From Opitutales bacterium (GTDB taxonomy: Bacteria; Verrucomicrobiota; Verrucomicrobiia; Opitutales; PNEW01): 64,000 nt of DNA. The number at the start of each line of letters is the position of its first letter. Position 1 is the first letter of the stretch. Of the stretch, positions 9,541 through 19,961 are shown in pieces. The notes beneath the pieces were generated by a model. It was not told the DNA's origin, did no database searches, and saw only the letters and a program-made list of their open reading frames with translations. The position numbers and the translations under genes are program-made. The DNA lies in contig CBDANS010000006.1 in the NCBI GenBank assembly GCA_965197745.1, forward strand, positions 1,216,001 to 1,280,000. The letters run 5' to 3'.

Positions 9541-11268
9541 TCAGCCCTTCCCCATTGACCAAAGTGTCAGGCCTTCATGTTTTTCCTTTGCCGGCGCTTT
9601 GAAGAATAACATTGATGCATAACCGACGATCAGAAACGCGATCATGCCGGGAAAAGTAACCCACTGAAAACTCAATTCACCTCCCTCGGTGTAGCGACCA
9701 CAATAATACCATAAGCTCGTGCTTAGTGAATAGGCAGTGGCACATACTGTTACCACCGTGGCGCTGAATGCATATTTTCTCCCACTGACTTTAAGTGCGA
9801 CAGCAAGGACGAGAAATAGAGCAGCTACGCTTAGAGGTATCAAAATCCAGTTAAGGGATATGGCTCCAATCCATCCGCTCTGTGATTTTAAATACCAGGA
9901 AATCATTCCCGAGTTGATCCCGATACCGGTAAACAATCCAAGCCAGATGCCAAAGTTGGTAATCTTTCGTGAGGTCACGGTGATGAAAAAGGCGGGTGCC
10001 AGCAAAATACTGAATGAACCCCAAATCGCGAATGCTTCGGCCACCGTTTCACCCAGATTCGATGCGACTGCCGCAATCGATAAGGCAACGACAATGGCGA
10101 ATGTCCCAATCGCGATAGTCAAAATACGCGCTAACTTAACTTGCCCTTCTTCTGTCGCCGAAGGATTGAGGTATTTCAGGTAAAAGTCCTTGATCACTAC
10201 CGTTGACAGGCTGTTCATTCCCGAATCCAGGGTGGACATCGAAGCGGCCAGCATCGCGGCCAGCATCAATCCCGGTAAAGGGGTTGGCATTTTCGTGGCA
10301 ATAAAAGTGAAAAATGCTCCATCTCCCGAGATCACGCGGGGATCTGCGTTTTGCGCGTAATAGGTAAAGATAGATAAACCCACTAACCAAAGCATGAGGG
10401 TTAATGGAATTTCCAAAAGTGAGTTCATGTATGCGGCCTTCTTCGCTTCTTTATAGGAACCGGTACTTAGCAACCGTTGAATCGTGATCTGATCCACACA
10501 GGGGTAGAAAATTGAGTCTAAAAGAACACTGATTAACATAAACCAGAAACACAGTCGCACATAAGGATCAAAGCGATAAAAATCCGCTTCGGTAAAACGC
10601 TCCGGACCGCGACCATGCTCAAATGAATAGGTCAGCACTCCCATGAAGCCCCCATCCACACTCGCGATGCAGATGATAATGGCTAAGGAGAGTCCACCAA
10701 ACAGGGCAAAGAACTGGAGCACATCGGTCCAGATGACGGCGCGTATACCCCCAAGAACGGTGTAAACAATACCAACAATCGCGACTACCGGGATGGTAAC
10801 CCACACCGACCAACCCGCCGCGCTCTCGAAGACTTTTGCCGAGGCGTAAAGGACCATGGAGATATAAGCGATCCGTATCCAGAAATAAATTAAACTTACT
10901 ACGAGGCGGACTCGGGCATCGTAGCGTCGTTCAAGGTATTCGAAGGGAGTGAAAGATTTAAGCTTGAAGTAGAACCGCACACAGAGAAAAAACCCAAGTA
11001 AAACCGTGATGGGGAATAACAAACTCATCATCCATAAGGATAAACCATTGTTATAGATCTCGCCGGGAACCATTACCATCGAAATGGTACTCGTAATCGA
11101 CATGTAATAGGAGATACCGACCGCCCACCAGGGGATTCTCCGTCCCCCCAGGAGGTATTCTTCACTCGTATTTTCACGGCGTGAAAACCAGTAGCCCATC
11201 CCTACAACTGCACCCATGTAAATTATGATCGTCAGGTAATTGAAAGGTCCCAGGCTTATTTCACTCAT
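9541..11268 (-). CDS. Sodium:solute symporter (SSS family), tandem paralog
   Basis: Same SSS motifs (GGIRAVIWTDVLQ, AASMSTLDSGMNSLS); colinear with the neighbouring symporter. Confidence 0.92.
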   Translation of the reverse strand: MSEISLGPFNYLTIIIYMGAVVGMGYWFSRRENTSEEYLLGGRRIPWWAVGISYYMSITSTISMVMVPGEIYNNGLSLWMMSLLFPITVLLGFFLCVRFYFKLKSFTPFEYLERRYDARVRLVVSLIYFWIRIAYISMVLYASAKVFESAAGWSVWVTIPVVAIVGIVYTVLGGIRAVIWTDVLQFFALFGGLSLAIIICIASVDGGFMGVLTYSFEHGRGPERFTEADFYRFDPYVRLCFWFMLISVLLDSIFYPCVDQITIQRLLSTGSYKEAKKAAYMNSLLEIPLTLMLWLVGLSIFTYYAQNADPRVISGDGAFFTFIATKMPTPLPGLMLAAMLAASMSTLDSGMNSLSTVVIKDFYLKYLNPSATEEGQVKLARILTIAIGTFAIVVALSIAAVASNLGETVAEAFAIWGSFSILLAPAFFITVTSRKITNFGIWLGLFTGIGINSGMISWYLKSQSGWIGAISLNWILIPLSVAALFLVLAVALKVSGRKYAFSATVVTVCATAYSLSTSLWYYCGRYTEGGELSFQWVTFPGMIAFLIVGYASMLFFKAPAKEKHEGLTLWSMGKG

Positions 11269-11399
11269 GGTTAGAATTCAGATATAATTACTTAGTACAT
11301 AAATTCACTGCAAAGATATGTGTTGGACAATAGGTTGCGATCATTCCAGATGAAAGGTTTTTTATTGGAAAACATGCTTTCATTGAAGGTGCAATAGGC

Positions 11400-11424
11400 G
11401 GAGGGCCACGCTCCGTCGTGGCCG
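11400..11424 (+). repeat. REP-like hairpin with GGAG foot
   Basis: GGAGGGCCACGCTCCGTCGTGGCCG; related copies at 14990-15014, 53611-53637 (reverse) and 53654-53678. Confidence 0.65.
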
Positions 11425-11516
11425 TTTTATTAATATTGAAAATTATAACGAAATAGAGAGTCGATTCCCCATAGGAAAGACTTGATTGGTAGCCGGCATC
11501 TTAAAGCACGATGTCG

Positions 11517-11590
11517 ATTCGCCTGGAATGGAAGATGTCGTTGCGCTCGGTAGCTTCGTCTCCCGCGGATGCGGATCCTCGCAATGACAA
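11517..11590 (-). repeat. Intergenic palindromic repeat (GTCATTGCGAG family) carrying a 33-nt insert
   Basis: Near-identical to 15031-15103 (opposite strand) and 21183-21250; shared CGCCTGGAATGGAAGATGTCGYTGCGCTCGGTA and CCTCGCAATGA. Confidence 0.8.
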
Positions 11591-11599
11591 AGGTGGGAG

Positions 11600-12595
11600 T
11601 TATCGCGGTCTTAAGGGTGAGCTGAACGAGGCGGAGGGTTTGCGAACGACAGGGTTTCCTCTCTCTTTCAGGGCCCCATCAATGCGAGCGAATTGTTCGG
11701 GCGTCAGCTTCCATCCCATAGCACCGGCGTTCTCGCAATTTTGGGCGACCCGCTTGGCGCCACACAAGGCGACAGTGACACCTGGTTGATGAATAGTCCA
11801 GTTGAGGACTAACTGCACCACGGTCTTTCCCGCGTCTTCGGCAATGCCCTTGAGCTTGTCGACGAGATCCAGATTCTTTTGATACTCCTCTCCCTGGAAC
11901 ATGACATACTTCGCACGACCGTCTTCGGGAGGAAAGACATGGTCGCGTTTCAATTTCCCTGCTAACAGCCCTAAGAGCATCGGCCAGTAGACCATCACCG
12001 AGATGTTGCGTTCACGACACCAGGGAAGGGTGTCGTTTTCAATCTCTCGCATGAGCATGTTATAAGGGGGTTGGTAAGCGGAGATCGGACAGACGGCATG
12101 AAACGCTTCGAGTTGGGCCACGTTCATATTCGATGCGCCGACACTTCGCGTTTTTCCTTCTTCCATGAGTTCTTTTAATGCGCCGGCAGATTCGGCGGGT
12201 GGCACATTGGGATCGGGTGAGTGGAGATAAAGCAACTCGACACAATCGGTTTTTAACCGCTGCAGACTTATCTCACACTGACGCTTCAATGTCTCCGGAC
12301 GTCCATCGCGTTCCTGACGTCCATTATCGTTCCAATGAAGCCCCCCTTTGGTGGCGATAACCATCTCATCGCGTCGGTGACCGAGGGCCTGCGCTATCAG
12401 CTGCTCACTTTCACCATTGGGGCCGTAAAGATAAGCGGTATCAATAAAGTTTATGCCATTGTCAAAACAGGATTCAACCGTTGCCAGGCTGTCGGTGTCA
12501 TTGACATCCAGGGTGGTTAAACCCGTGATCGGCCAGCCTCCAAAGGCAATGGGGGAGACTTCTATTCCGGTGCTTCCTATCTGGCGACGTTCCAT
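11600..12595 (-). CDS. Aldo/keto reductase
   Basis: GINFIDTAYLYG, VIATKGG, SLQRLKTDCVELLYLHSPD, QPPYNML. Confidence 0.92.
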   Translation of the reverse strand: MERRQIGSTGIEVSPIAFGGWPITGLTTLDVNDTDSLATVESCFDNGINFIDTAYLYGPNGESEQLIAQALGHRRDEMVIATKGGLHWNDNGRQERDGRPETLKRQCEISLQRLKTDCVELLYLHSPDPNVPPAESAGALKELMEEGKTRSVGASNMNVAQLEAFHAVCPISAYQPPYNMLMREIENDTLPWCRERNISVMVYWPMLLGLLAGKLKRDHVFPPEDGRAKYVMFQGEEYQKNLDLVDKLKGIAEDAGKTVVQLVLNWTIHQPGVTVALCGAKRVAQNCENAGAMGWKLTPEQFARIDGALKERGNPVVRKPSASFSSPLRPR

Positions 12596-12682
12596 GGACA
12601 ATTATGGTTTTAAACATTCAAGTCGTATTTATAAACGTCAAGAGAAGAAGCTTTCCACCTCAACTCTGGAGCGAATAAAAAA

Positions 12683-12938
12683 ACCGCTGAGGCACAAAGA
12701 GCGCTGAGATTTTAATTTAGGGTTTTCTGAAATCAGTTATCAATACTTTAACTCAGCAGGGAAAAAAAATTAACCACAGATAACACGGATAGATACGGAT
12801 GCAGAGGCATAGAATGAAAATTCGACACAAAAGAGCATAGGTAATGAACCTTGTTTCGGCTTTTGAAATACTTATCCGCTTAATCCGTGTAATCTGCGGT
12901 ATTATTTACTTCTGCGCTCTCTGCGCCTCAGCGGTTAC
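12683..12938. repeat. Nested inverted-repeat intergenic element
   Basis: Outer AACCGCTGAGGCACAAAGAGCGC pairs with GCGCTCTCTGCGCCTCAGCGGTT; inner ACCACAGATAACACGGAT pairs with ATCCGTGTAATCTGCGGT. Confidence 0.7.
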
Positions 12939-12942
12939 TAAC

Positions 12943-13926
12943 TCAATCTTTCTCGTCTATCGCCTGCATCAATGCATGCAGATAACCATAGCAGTAGGCG
13001 AATCCGACACGACCCGCTTCATCACCATCAATCCCTGGCACATGGTCCGGCATTACCATGTAGGGATATCCGACTTCTTTATAGACGCGTAGAGCTTTTA
13101 ACATGTCAACCTCACCCTCGTCCGGAAACACTTCAACGAAATCGAGAAACCCACCCTTTATATTGCGGAAGTGAAGATTAAAAATCTTATTCCGTTCACC
13201 GAAATATCTTATGATCTTAAAGATTTCTTCACCCGGATTAGTCAGCATTTCCGAGATCGTGCCCTGGCAAAAATTCAAACCGTGCCAGGGGTTCTCGTGC
13301 ATGGACACATATTTTTTAAGCCCATCGACGGTCCCCATCACCCTGGCTACGCCCCGGTAAGTATCGTCGCCGATGCCGGGGTCCTGCGGATGACAGGCCA
13401 ATTGAACCTTATATTCTTCGGCTACCGGGACTACCCGTTCCAGCCAGTAATCGATGCGCTCCCACATCGTGTCGGCATCCGCGGCTCCCCCTTCGAATTC
13501 ACCCAGTGATTGATCTAATTTTTGGTAATCGAATGATGAGAGCTCAGCGCCCCCCCGGCCGTGACGGGATTCCGTTCTCAGGTGCCCGAGAATGGTAATA
13601 TTATAATTAACTCCGCGCAGACCGGCAGCGGAGGCCATTTGAATGATTTCGCAAGCACCATCGATCTCTCGCTCGCGCTCGTCGCTCGGGCCGAGAAAAA
13701 TATGAGACATTTCTCTTTCAAAAGCCGATCGTGAGCTGAGGGGAAGATGAATCATTTCCACGGTGATTCCGTGTTTGGCGTAATTCTCCCGTATGGAAGT
13801 TAAAGAATCGACTGACCATTCTCTCCAGGGTTCCTGCGGTGTGACATCGACATGCTCGACTCCCAACTGAGATAATTGTAGGATGTCCGTTTCATGTCGG
13901 TCGGTATATTGTGTGCCTAAGTACAT
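12943..13926 (-). CDS. uxuA: Mannonate dehydratase (UxuA family)
   Basis: VPVAEEYKVQLACHPQDP, GLNFCQG, HFRNIKG, EVFPDEGEVDM, MPDHVP; family-level call, substrate unproven. Confidence 0.8.
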   Translation of the reverse strand: MYLGTQYTDRHETDILQLSQLGVEHVDVTPQEPWREWSVDSLTSIRENYAKHGITVEMIHLPLSSRSAFEREMSHIFLGPSDEREREIDGACEIIQMASAAGLRGVNYNITILGHLRTESRHGRGGAELSSFDYQKLDQSLGEFEGGAADADTMWERIDYWLERVVPVAEEYKVQLACHPQDPGIGDDTYRGVARVMGTVDGLKKYVSMHENPWHGLNFCQGTISEMLTNPGEEIFKIIRYFGERNKIFNLHFRNIKGGFLDFVEVFPDEGEVDMLKALRVYKEVGYPYMVMPDHVPGIDGDEAGRVGFAYCYGYLHALMQAIDEKD

Positions 13927-13980
13927 GCGAAGTCTCTTAAAACAATGTCACGAATCATGCAATTGAGGAATTTGGGTTGA

Positions 13981-14080
13981 TTCACCGCAGAGTCGCGGAG
14001 AACGCAGAGATAAAATTTTAAAATCAAGAAAAACAAACCCTAAATTAAATTCTCAGCGCCCTCTGCGCCTCTGCGGTGAA
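13981..14080. repeat. Inverted-repeat intergenic element (same family as 12683-12938)
   Basis: TTCACCGCAGAGTCGCGGAGAACGCAGAGA pairs with TCTCAGCGCCCTCTGCGCCTCTGCGGTGAA. Confidence 0.7.
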
Positions 14081-14088
14081 TCAAGAAG

Positions 14089-14874
14089 TTACTTCACAAA
14101 ACGCTTGAGGTGATCCCGCAGGACTTGCTCGCCACCGAGTTTTACTAATTCACCGTCTTCCGCGGTGAGCAGCAGCTGTATCCCTTCGGCGTTTTTCTCA
14201 ATCCACTCGGCGGCCTGGTTGAGCTCGCCAAATGAATCCACCGCGATGCCGGCTGCTTTATTATTGTCTTTCGCCGCCTTCACGATACGCGATATCGCGG
14301 ACTTAAAATCGGGATGATCCCACTGCTGAAAACAACCCATGCCGAGGGAGAGATCGGAAGGGCCAATGAAAACAGAGTCCAATCCCTCCAATTGCGCGAC
14401 TTCTTCAATCACATCGAGGAGGCTGGTCAATTCTACCTGGACCATGACGATGACATTGTCATTCCAGTTTTCAAAATAGCTGTCGTCCGCTCCATAGTTC
14501 GAAGCCGCCTTCGGTCCGAATCCGCGAATCCCCTCGGGAGGGTATTTGCAGCTGGCAATAGCCCGCTTCGCATCTTCTACCGTCCCGACTAGAGGAACGA
14601 GAACGCCCTGAGCGCCATGGTCTAAAACCTGTTTAATAACGTCGGGTCGGTTATCCTCAACGCGAACGAGGGGCACGGTTTCGGAATCTCTGAACATCCA
14701 TAATATCTCGCGCAAAGACTCGGTGTTGCGCGGGGCATGTTCATTATCGATGATCACATAATCAAAACCAACCCTCGCCAGGTTGACTGCAATGAGCGCA
14801 TCCGACGACGTCGACCAGCCGCCTACACTGATTTTACCCTCACGCCATTTGTTCTTTAATTCCCGTCCCGTCAT
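14089..14874 (-). CDS. HpcH/HpaI class II aldolase family protein
   Basis: GFDYVIIDNEH, VLDHGAQGVLVP, YPPEGIRGFG, VFIGPSDLS; probable start ATG at 14874. Confidence 0.9.
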   Translation of the reverse strand: MTGRELKNKWREGKISVGGWSTSSDALIAVNLARVGFDYVIIDNEHAPRNTESLREILWMFRDSETVPLVRVEDNRPDVIKQVLDHGAQGVLVPLVGTVEDAKRAIASCKYPPEGIRGFGPKAASNYGADDSYFENWNDNVIVMVQVELTSLLDVIEEVAQLEGLDSVFIGPSDLSLGMGCFQQWDHPDFKSAISRIVKAAKDNNKAAGIAVDSFGELNQAAEWIEKNAEGIQLLLTAEDGELVKLGGEQVLRDHLKRFVK

Positions 14875-15030
14875 CGCTGTGAATGGATAGTTATATTTCT
14901 TTGTCTCCGAAATCAAGCTGTATCTATGGATAAGGAAAATGAGTATAAGCGAACAAGCGTGAATGCGGATTCGATGCAGGAACCAAATTGGCGGGCCACG
15001 CATCGTCGTGGTCGCGCAATACCTAAATTC

Positions 15031-15103
15031 TCATTGCGAGGATCCCGCAGTTGCGGGTGACGCGGCTACCGAGCGCAACGACATCTTCCATTCCAGGCGA
15101 ATA
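15031..15103 (+). repeat. Intergenic palindromic repeat (GTCATTGCGAG family) carrying a 33-nt insert
   Basis: TCATTGCGAGGATCCCGCAGTTGCGGGTGACGCGGC + TACCGAGCGCAACGACATCTTCCATTCCAGGCG + AATA. Confidence 0.8.
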
Positions 15104-15211
15104 TACGTTATGTATACACTATCAACGGATTCCAGATAACAACTGGCACCGCAGTCTAAACTAGTTTAAGAATAACAATTGGCTTTTATAGCATGAACCT
15201 TGCGCTATCCA

Positions 15212-16402
15212 CTATTCAGGCTTTCCAAGGAAGTTAAACGTCGACGTCGTTATTTTTAAAATATCACCGTCATCATTAATGCCATCAGCCCAAGTCCCCT
15301 GCTGCACTAATACAAGGAATAGAGTATATTCACCGATTGGTTCTACTCCAGACCAAACATATTGGAAAACACTGAAGTTATCGACAATGAATGGATTAAT
15401 CAGATCTACCCCGGCTACGAAGGGAGTAAGGGTTGAGAAATCAGATAAGTTTCCCTGTGTAATTGTGGATCCACTGTTACTAATGCAGAATATTATTCCA
15501 AAGGGGCAACCCATTCCCACATAAATGTCAACGAATACATCTACGCCATGATTGTTTACATTCATGGTTATATTCATGGGATCGCCAATATTATATTCAT
15601 CCTGATCTGCATTGATGTTACTTTCAAACAATATATCTATATCATCTGGAATGGATATGGCAATTGGGCCCTGAACAACGGCATAGCCTAGGTTAGGACG
15701 GTCATCTTTTCTGATATCTTGTTTGCCCGTTTTGGTTGCTGAAAGAACACATCCAGTATCAATGCTTAACCCTGACACCAGTGCTGATTGATCGAATGTG
15801 ACCGAGACAATGCGGCAGATGGTGCCTCCATCTCCATTATCGTCGTCGTCACCGTCATCATCATCACCTTCGTCACCGTCATCGTCATCACCTTCGTCAC
15901 CGTCATCGTCACCGTCATCGTCGTCGTCGCTGTCATCAAATTCAAACTTAATTCCCTTTATCTGGGTTGTTGGATCATTGCTTGCTATTTCGCAATCGCC
16001 TTCTCCATCAAATCCACATTCTACGACGAAGTCATTTAAGGTATTACCCTCGGCTAAAAATGGTTTAATTTGGTCAAGTGCAAGTACCCAATGGCCAAGA
16101 TCTTTTACCTGTGGACTCTGTTTGCATATATCATAAATAAATGTAACGAAATTTTCTTCAACCTCTACTGTCAACAGCTCAACACTGAACTTGCCGTTAT
16201 CAGTAATCGCCGGGTTGTCGTCACAGTTTGAAACTTCAGGGAGTTCTACTTCAGTATCGGGTGGTTTACCCTTCGAATGATCATCTTTATGTTCGGCGTA
16301 TGATACTACGCCAGTCAACATAACCAGGCTAATTACGACTGGAAAATAAATTAAAAACTTTCGAATAATAGAAATGGGCACTCTGCTTATATAGCTGAAC
16401 AA
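15212..16402 (-). CDS. Secreted acidic hypothetical protein with Asp/Gly-rich tract
   Basis: Signal-peptide-like N terminus (..VVSYA-EH), DDSDDDDDGDDDGDEGDDDDGDEGDDDDGDDDD tract, beta-rich C-terminal region. Confidence 0.7.
   Translation of the reverse strand: MFSYISRVPISIIRKFLIYFPVVISLVMLTGVVSYAEHKDDHSKGKPPDTEVELPEVSNCDDNPAITDNGKFSVELLTVEVEENFVTFIYDICKQSPQVKDLGHWVLALDQIKPFLAEGNTLNDFVVECGFDGEGDCEIASNDPTTQIKGIKFEFDDSDDDDDGDDDGDEGDDDDGDEGDDDDGDDDDNGDGGTICRIVSVTFDQSALVSGLSIDTGCVLSATKTGKQDIRKDDRPNLGYAVVQGPIAISIPDDIDILFESNINADQDEYNIGDPMNITMNVNNHGVDVFVDIYVGMGCPFGIIFCISNSGSTITQGNLSDFSTLTPFVAGVDLINPFIVDNFSVFQYVWSGVEPIGEYTLFLVLVQQGTWADGINDDGDILKITTSTFNFLGKPE
15838..15938. repeat. Coding low-complexity tandem repeat (GDEGDDDD units)
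   Basis: TCACCGTCATCRTCATCACCTTCG-type 24-nt unit repeated, embedded in TCG/TCA triplets. Confidence 0.75.
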
Positions 16403-16612
16403 TGATAATTATCCTTTCTTAAACTTGTGATAATTGCTTATCGTGTAAAGCGACATATGGTGAAAAAACATCATTTTTGTTGTTATTAGGTATAACGTAT
16501 AAATCCCTATGTAGTATAAGCTCAGCTTAGATTATTGTATAATAAAACGGAGCCGGGACGCTGAAGTAAATCGGGAAACAGTCGTATCATAAAACGGAAA
16601 ATAGCAATGGCA

Positions 16613-18851
16613 TCACTCAATCGTGATCTCATCGGTTGTCACTGAAATCTCATCCCCGTCCTCGTTGGCGAAAGTGGCATCGATACTCTGGGTCGGTTGA
16701 GGGGTGTTATCGGACTTGAAGTTGTTTTGAGTGATCAAAGTCTCAAACCCGGGTATCGTCGATCCACTCTCCGCGACGACGATTGAAGCTCCGTTCGTCT
16801 GCGAAAGGTCGCCACCTGTGATCCGCAAACCGGGGTTGCCCGCCGGCACTGTGAAAGAACCCCCTCCAAACAGAAGGTGGGGTACCGCGTCGCCACTGGC
16901 ATCGATGTCGCCCACGGTAATGCGTACTGCGATCGGCACCCCGCGCGCATCCACGCCGGTCTTGCCGGTGCTTCCCGAAAAAACAGTGTTCGACAGCTGC
17001 ATCCCTCCCATTCCAGTGGAATTTATTACTTCCACCAGGGTCACATCCGCCTGTGCATCATAAACTTGCCCCTCGGGGAAGAGGGCCTGGTTCACGGCAT
17101 TGATGGATCCTACGGTGAAGATACTGAAGAAGGTACTGGAGTCCGCACCGTCGATGACCACGCTCGGTTTGCCCGTAACGTATTCTACTGCCTGGTTGTA
17201 GCGTGGGGGAATAGCAGGGGGCAGGAAGGTAGCCGGGGCGAGGGTTACGGTAAAGGATCCTGCACCCGAGAACTCTACCTGCACAATGTCCTCGGTTTCA
17301 TCCATAAAGGAGACCCGGGTAATTTGACCCGGCCTGGCTTGGAGCTGGATCGTTTCACCGGTAAGTAGAATCTGGTCGAAGATGTTTCCATTCGGATGCT
17401 GGATGTTCTCTCCCGCGATATCGCCTGTACCGTCAAGTACCAGAGGGACGGAGGGTGCCGCTACAGTGATGACTGCCGTTTCACTGTTTGCGTTGCCGCC
17501 GGCATTGGTAATTTGCACCCAGAAATTCGTGCTAACGGTGAGAGAACCCGTGGTCAAGGTGCCGCTCGTGGCCCCGGTGACAGGATTCGCGGAGTCACTG
17601 CTGTTGCCGGAAAACCATTGGTAGGTAAGATCATCGCCGCTTGCCGCTACTGATAAAACAACAGCCGTTCCGGTTTGCACTTTCTGGCTCGCAGGTTGGG
17701 TAGTGATGGAGGGGGCACTCGGTCCTCCTCCGTCGCTCGGTGCGCCGATCGGGGTGAAGCCTATATCATCGATGGCAATATTTAAAAATGAGCCGGATGC
17801 CGTCACCGTTTGAGGGTTTATGTAGCGAATTTCACCAATGCCCCCCCGGAGCACCCAGTTCCTCTGCAACGAATGAGAACACCTCGAAAGGTGCCTCATT
17901 GACATCAAACATGTTCAGAGGGATGTCCGTAGTCGAGAGGAGTAAATTTCCCTCTGCGTCATAAACTTCTAATTCGCCATCCCCTTGCTCTATAACCGCG
18001 GCGTAAAATTCAACTTTGGCAGCTGGAGTTTCAAAAGTAATTATCCCGGTCCCTTCGTCCGGAACTTGCCAGGATCCTCCACCTACATCACCGGTAGGTT
18101 CACCGCCTTCAGAGGATAAAGGTAGGGTGTGGTTAAATCTATAAAATGTCGAAGCAATAATGGTTGAGACGATACCACCGGTAAAGGTGGCCGTAACCGG
18201 AGGTGTTCCCAGCGTGAAATTTACACGGTTTACAAAAGTGCTGAAGATAGGATGATTATCCAGACCTGAAAAATCTTCGAATACGGTATTGTTAGGCGGT
18301 CCATCGACATAAGAAAATCCCAGGTCATCAAGGGCGACGGCTCCACCTGGATTAACTATTTTAATTTCTTTTATTCCGTTCGTAAAATTGAGGTCGGTAG
18401 TGATGTTGGTATCTCTAATGAAGGCGACAAAACTTTGTAGAGGGGGATTAGCACCCGGGCTGATATTGGCGGGTAGGCCTTCAACTACACCTGGATCCGC
18501 CAGAATAATAAAGTTTTTATCTCTTAACTCGATTCGACTCCCGCTCTGGGTATCCACCGCAAAGAACTGAAGTAAGTTAACCCCTCTTTCGAAGACGATT
18601 TTTCCCTCTGAGGCACCTGGAGCCAGGACTAATGCCTGGGTACCTGAATGAGCGAGCGCAGGGTCAGTTACGGTTTCCAAGGAAAAATTAAAAACCTGGA
18701 TACTGTTCGGGGATTCACCAAAAACAAATGTAGTACCCTCTGCTGATACCCCTTCAAAATCGAAGAAATTATCCAGGTTCTGTTGGGCTGCAAGGTATGA
18801 CGGCCAAAGAAGGATGAGTATTAAACAGAGTTGAATATATTTAGTGAACAT
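16613..18851 (-). pseudogene. Large secreted protein (two beta-rich repeats + Ig-like domain + conserved C-terminal domain), frameshifted at a G7 run
   Basis: ORFs 17832..18905 and 16613..17908 join colinearly with paralog 22272..24245 if one C is removed from C7 at 17841-17847 (ELGAPGGIGEI vs ELGAPGGIGKI); Ig motif PSITTQPASQ...LTYQWF. Confidence 0.8.
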
Positions 18852-19063
18852 AAGCTGCTTCCTGTCAGATTTTATCAGATCTCCCAATTTTACAAAAGAG
18901 CGCACTTACTAGCCACCAGACTGTTGAAAGTCAAGGGAGGTTCCCTGCCAATGACGATTGCGTCGAATGATAATTTTAAATTGAAAACCGTCAGTTACAA
19001 TCCGCAATCGTACCGAGGACGAAGGCCGACATCTTACAAATCAGCAATCCGCAATCGAATGTC

Positions 19064-19756
19064 TCAGGTATTTAAAATACCTTTGCGTCTATAGACTATG
19101 GCAACAACAAGCGCGTATATTACGTGATTTATCCAGCTGATCACGCTGGTCTTGACGATGCCATTCCCACCATCTTGAGCAGCCATTTCAGGTTCGACAA
19201 GGTCTTCACTAGGGAGAGGTGCTTCCGCGACAGCTTCTGTGGGGCTATTGGATTCGCTCGAATCAACATTTTCGCCGACTTCCTCAGCTGCGTCCACACT
19301 GGCCATTTCCTCTTCCGTGAGGGGGATATCGATGCTAACTTCTGCTTGCGGAAGGTCGGCATTGCTAAAGGCCAGATTAGTGAGAACGGGTAAACCGAGT
19401 ACCGCGATAACACTTAATACGGTTCCGTAAAGAACACCTTTTAGAATTTGAGAAGCGCCGAGCGGAGAAATAAGCCCGGCATAGATCACGCCGTAAAAAA
19501 TACCAATCACTAAATGAAAGGCGCCACCTACAAGGTAGTGGCTTAACTGTCCTGCCCCCGTTCCCATGAACTTGGTTCCAAGCATGATGATATCGCCCAG
19601 ATCCTTCATGATATTCAGACCGAAAAGGGCCATGGTCCCGGTCATTACCGCGGTAGCAATTATACTGGCAATAATTGCGCGACCCCATCTCAAGCCCTGT
19701 CTTATATCAAATGCCGTCTGGCTGGACGCTCTGTGAGGAGGGGGATTTTCTTCCAT
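19064..19756 (-). CDS. Hypothetical membrane protein (about 4 TM) with acidic loop
   Basis: IIATAVMT, FHLVIGIFYGVIYA, WINHVIYALVVAIVY hydrophobic segments; Glu/Ala-rich insert. Confidence 0.7.
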   Translation of the reverse strand: MEENPPPHRASSQTAFDIRQGLRWGRAIIASIIATAVMTGTMALFGLNIMKDLGDIIMLGTKFMGTGAGQLSHYLVGGAFHLVIGIFYGVIYAGLISPLGASQILKGVLYGTVLSVIAVLGLPVLTNLAFSNADLPQAEVSIDIPLTEEEMASVDAAEEVGENVDSSESNSPTEAVAEAPLPSEDLVEPEMAAQDGGNGIVKTSVISWINHVIYALVVAIVYRRKGILNT

Positions 19757-19961
19757 AATGGATAACCGGATTTTGGATATTATTGATTGAAGTAAAACGA
19801 CAGGCTAATGTTTAAATGAATATTTATTCTCAACCAAGATTTTTTTTATATTTTTAAGCGTTTATTAATATGACCTCACAATTTACCGACTGCGGCTTCG
19901 TTAGGTTATGGAGCCAGGTGGATAACTCCTTTGAATAAAACGATTAATGTCGGTTGATGAA

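Noticed and set aside
15798..16136. Poly-Ser ORF on the plus strand
   Set aside because: Reverse-strand reading of the Asp-rich repeat in 15212..16402.
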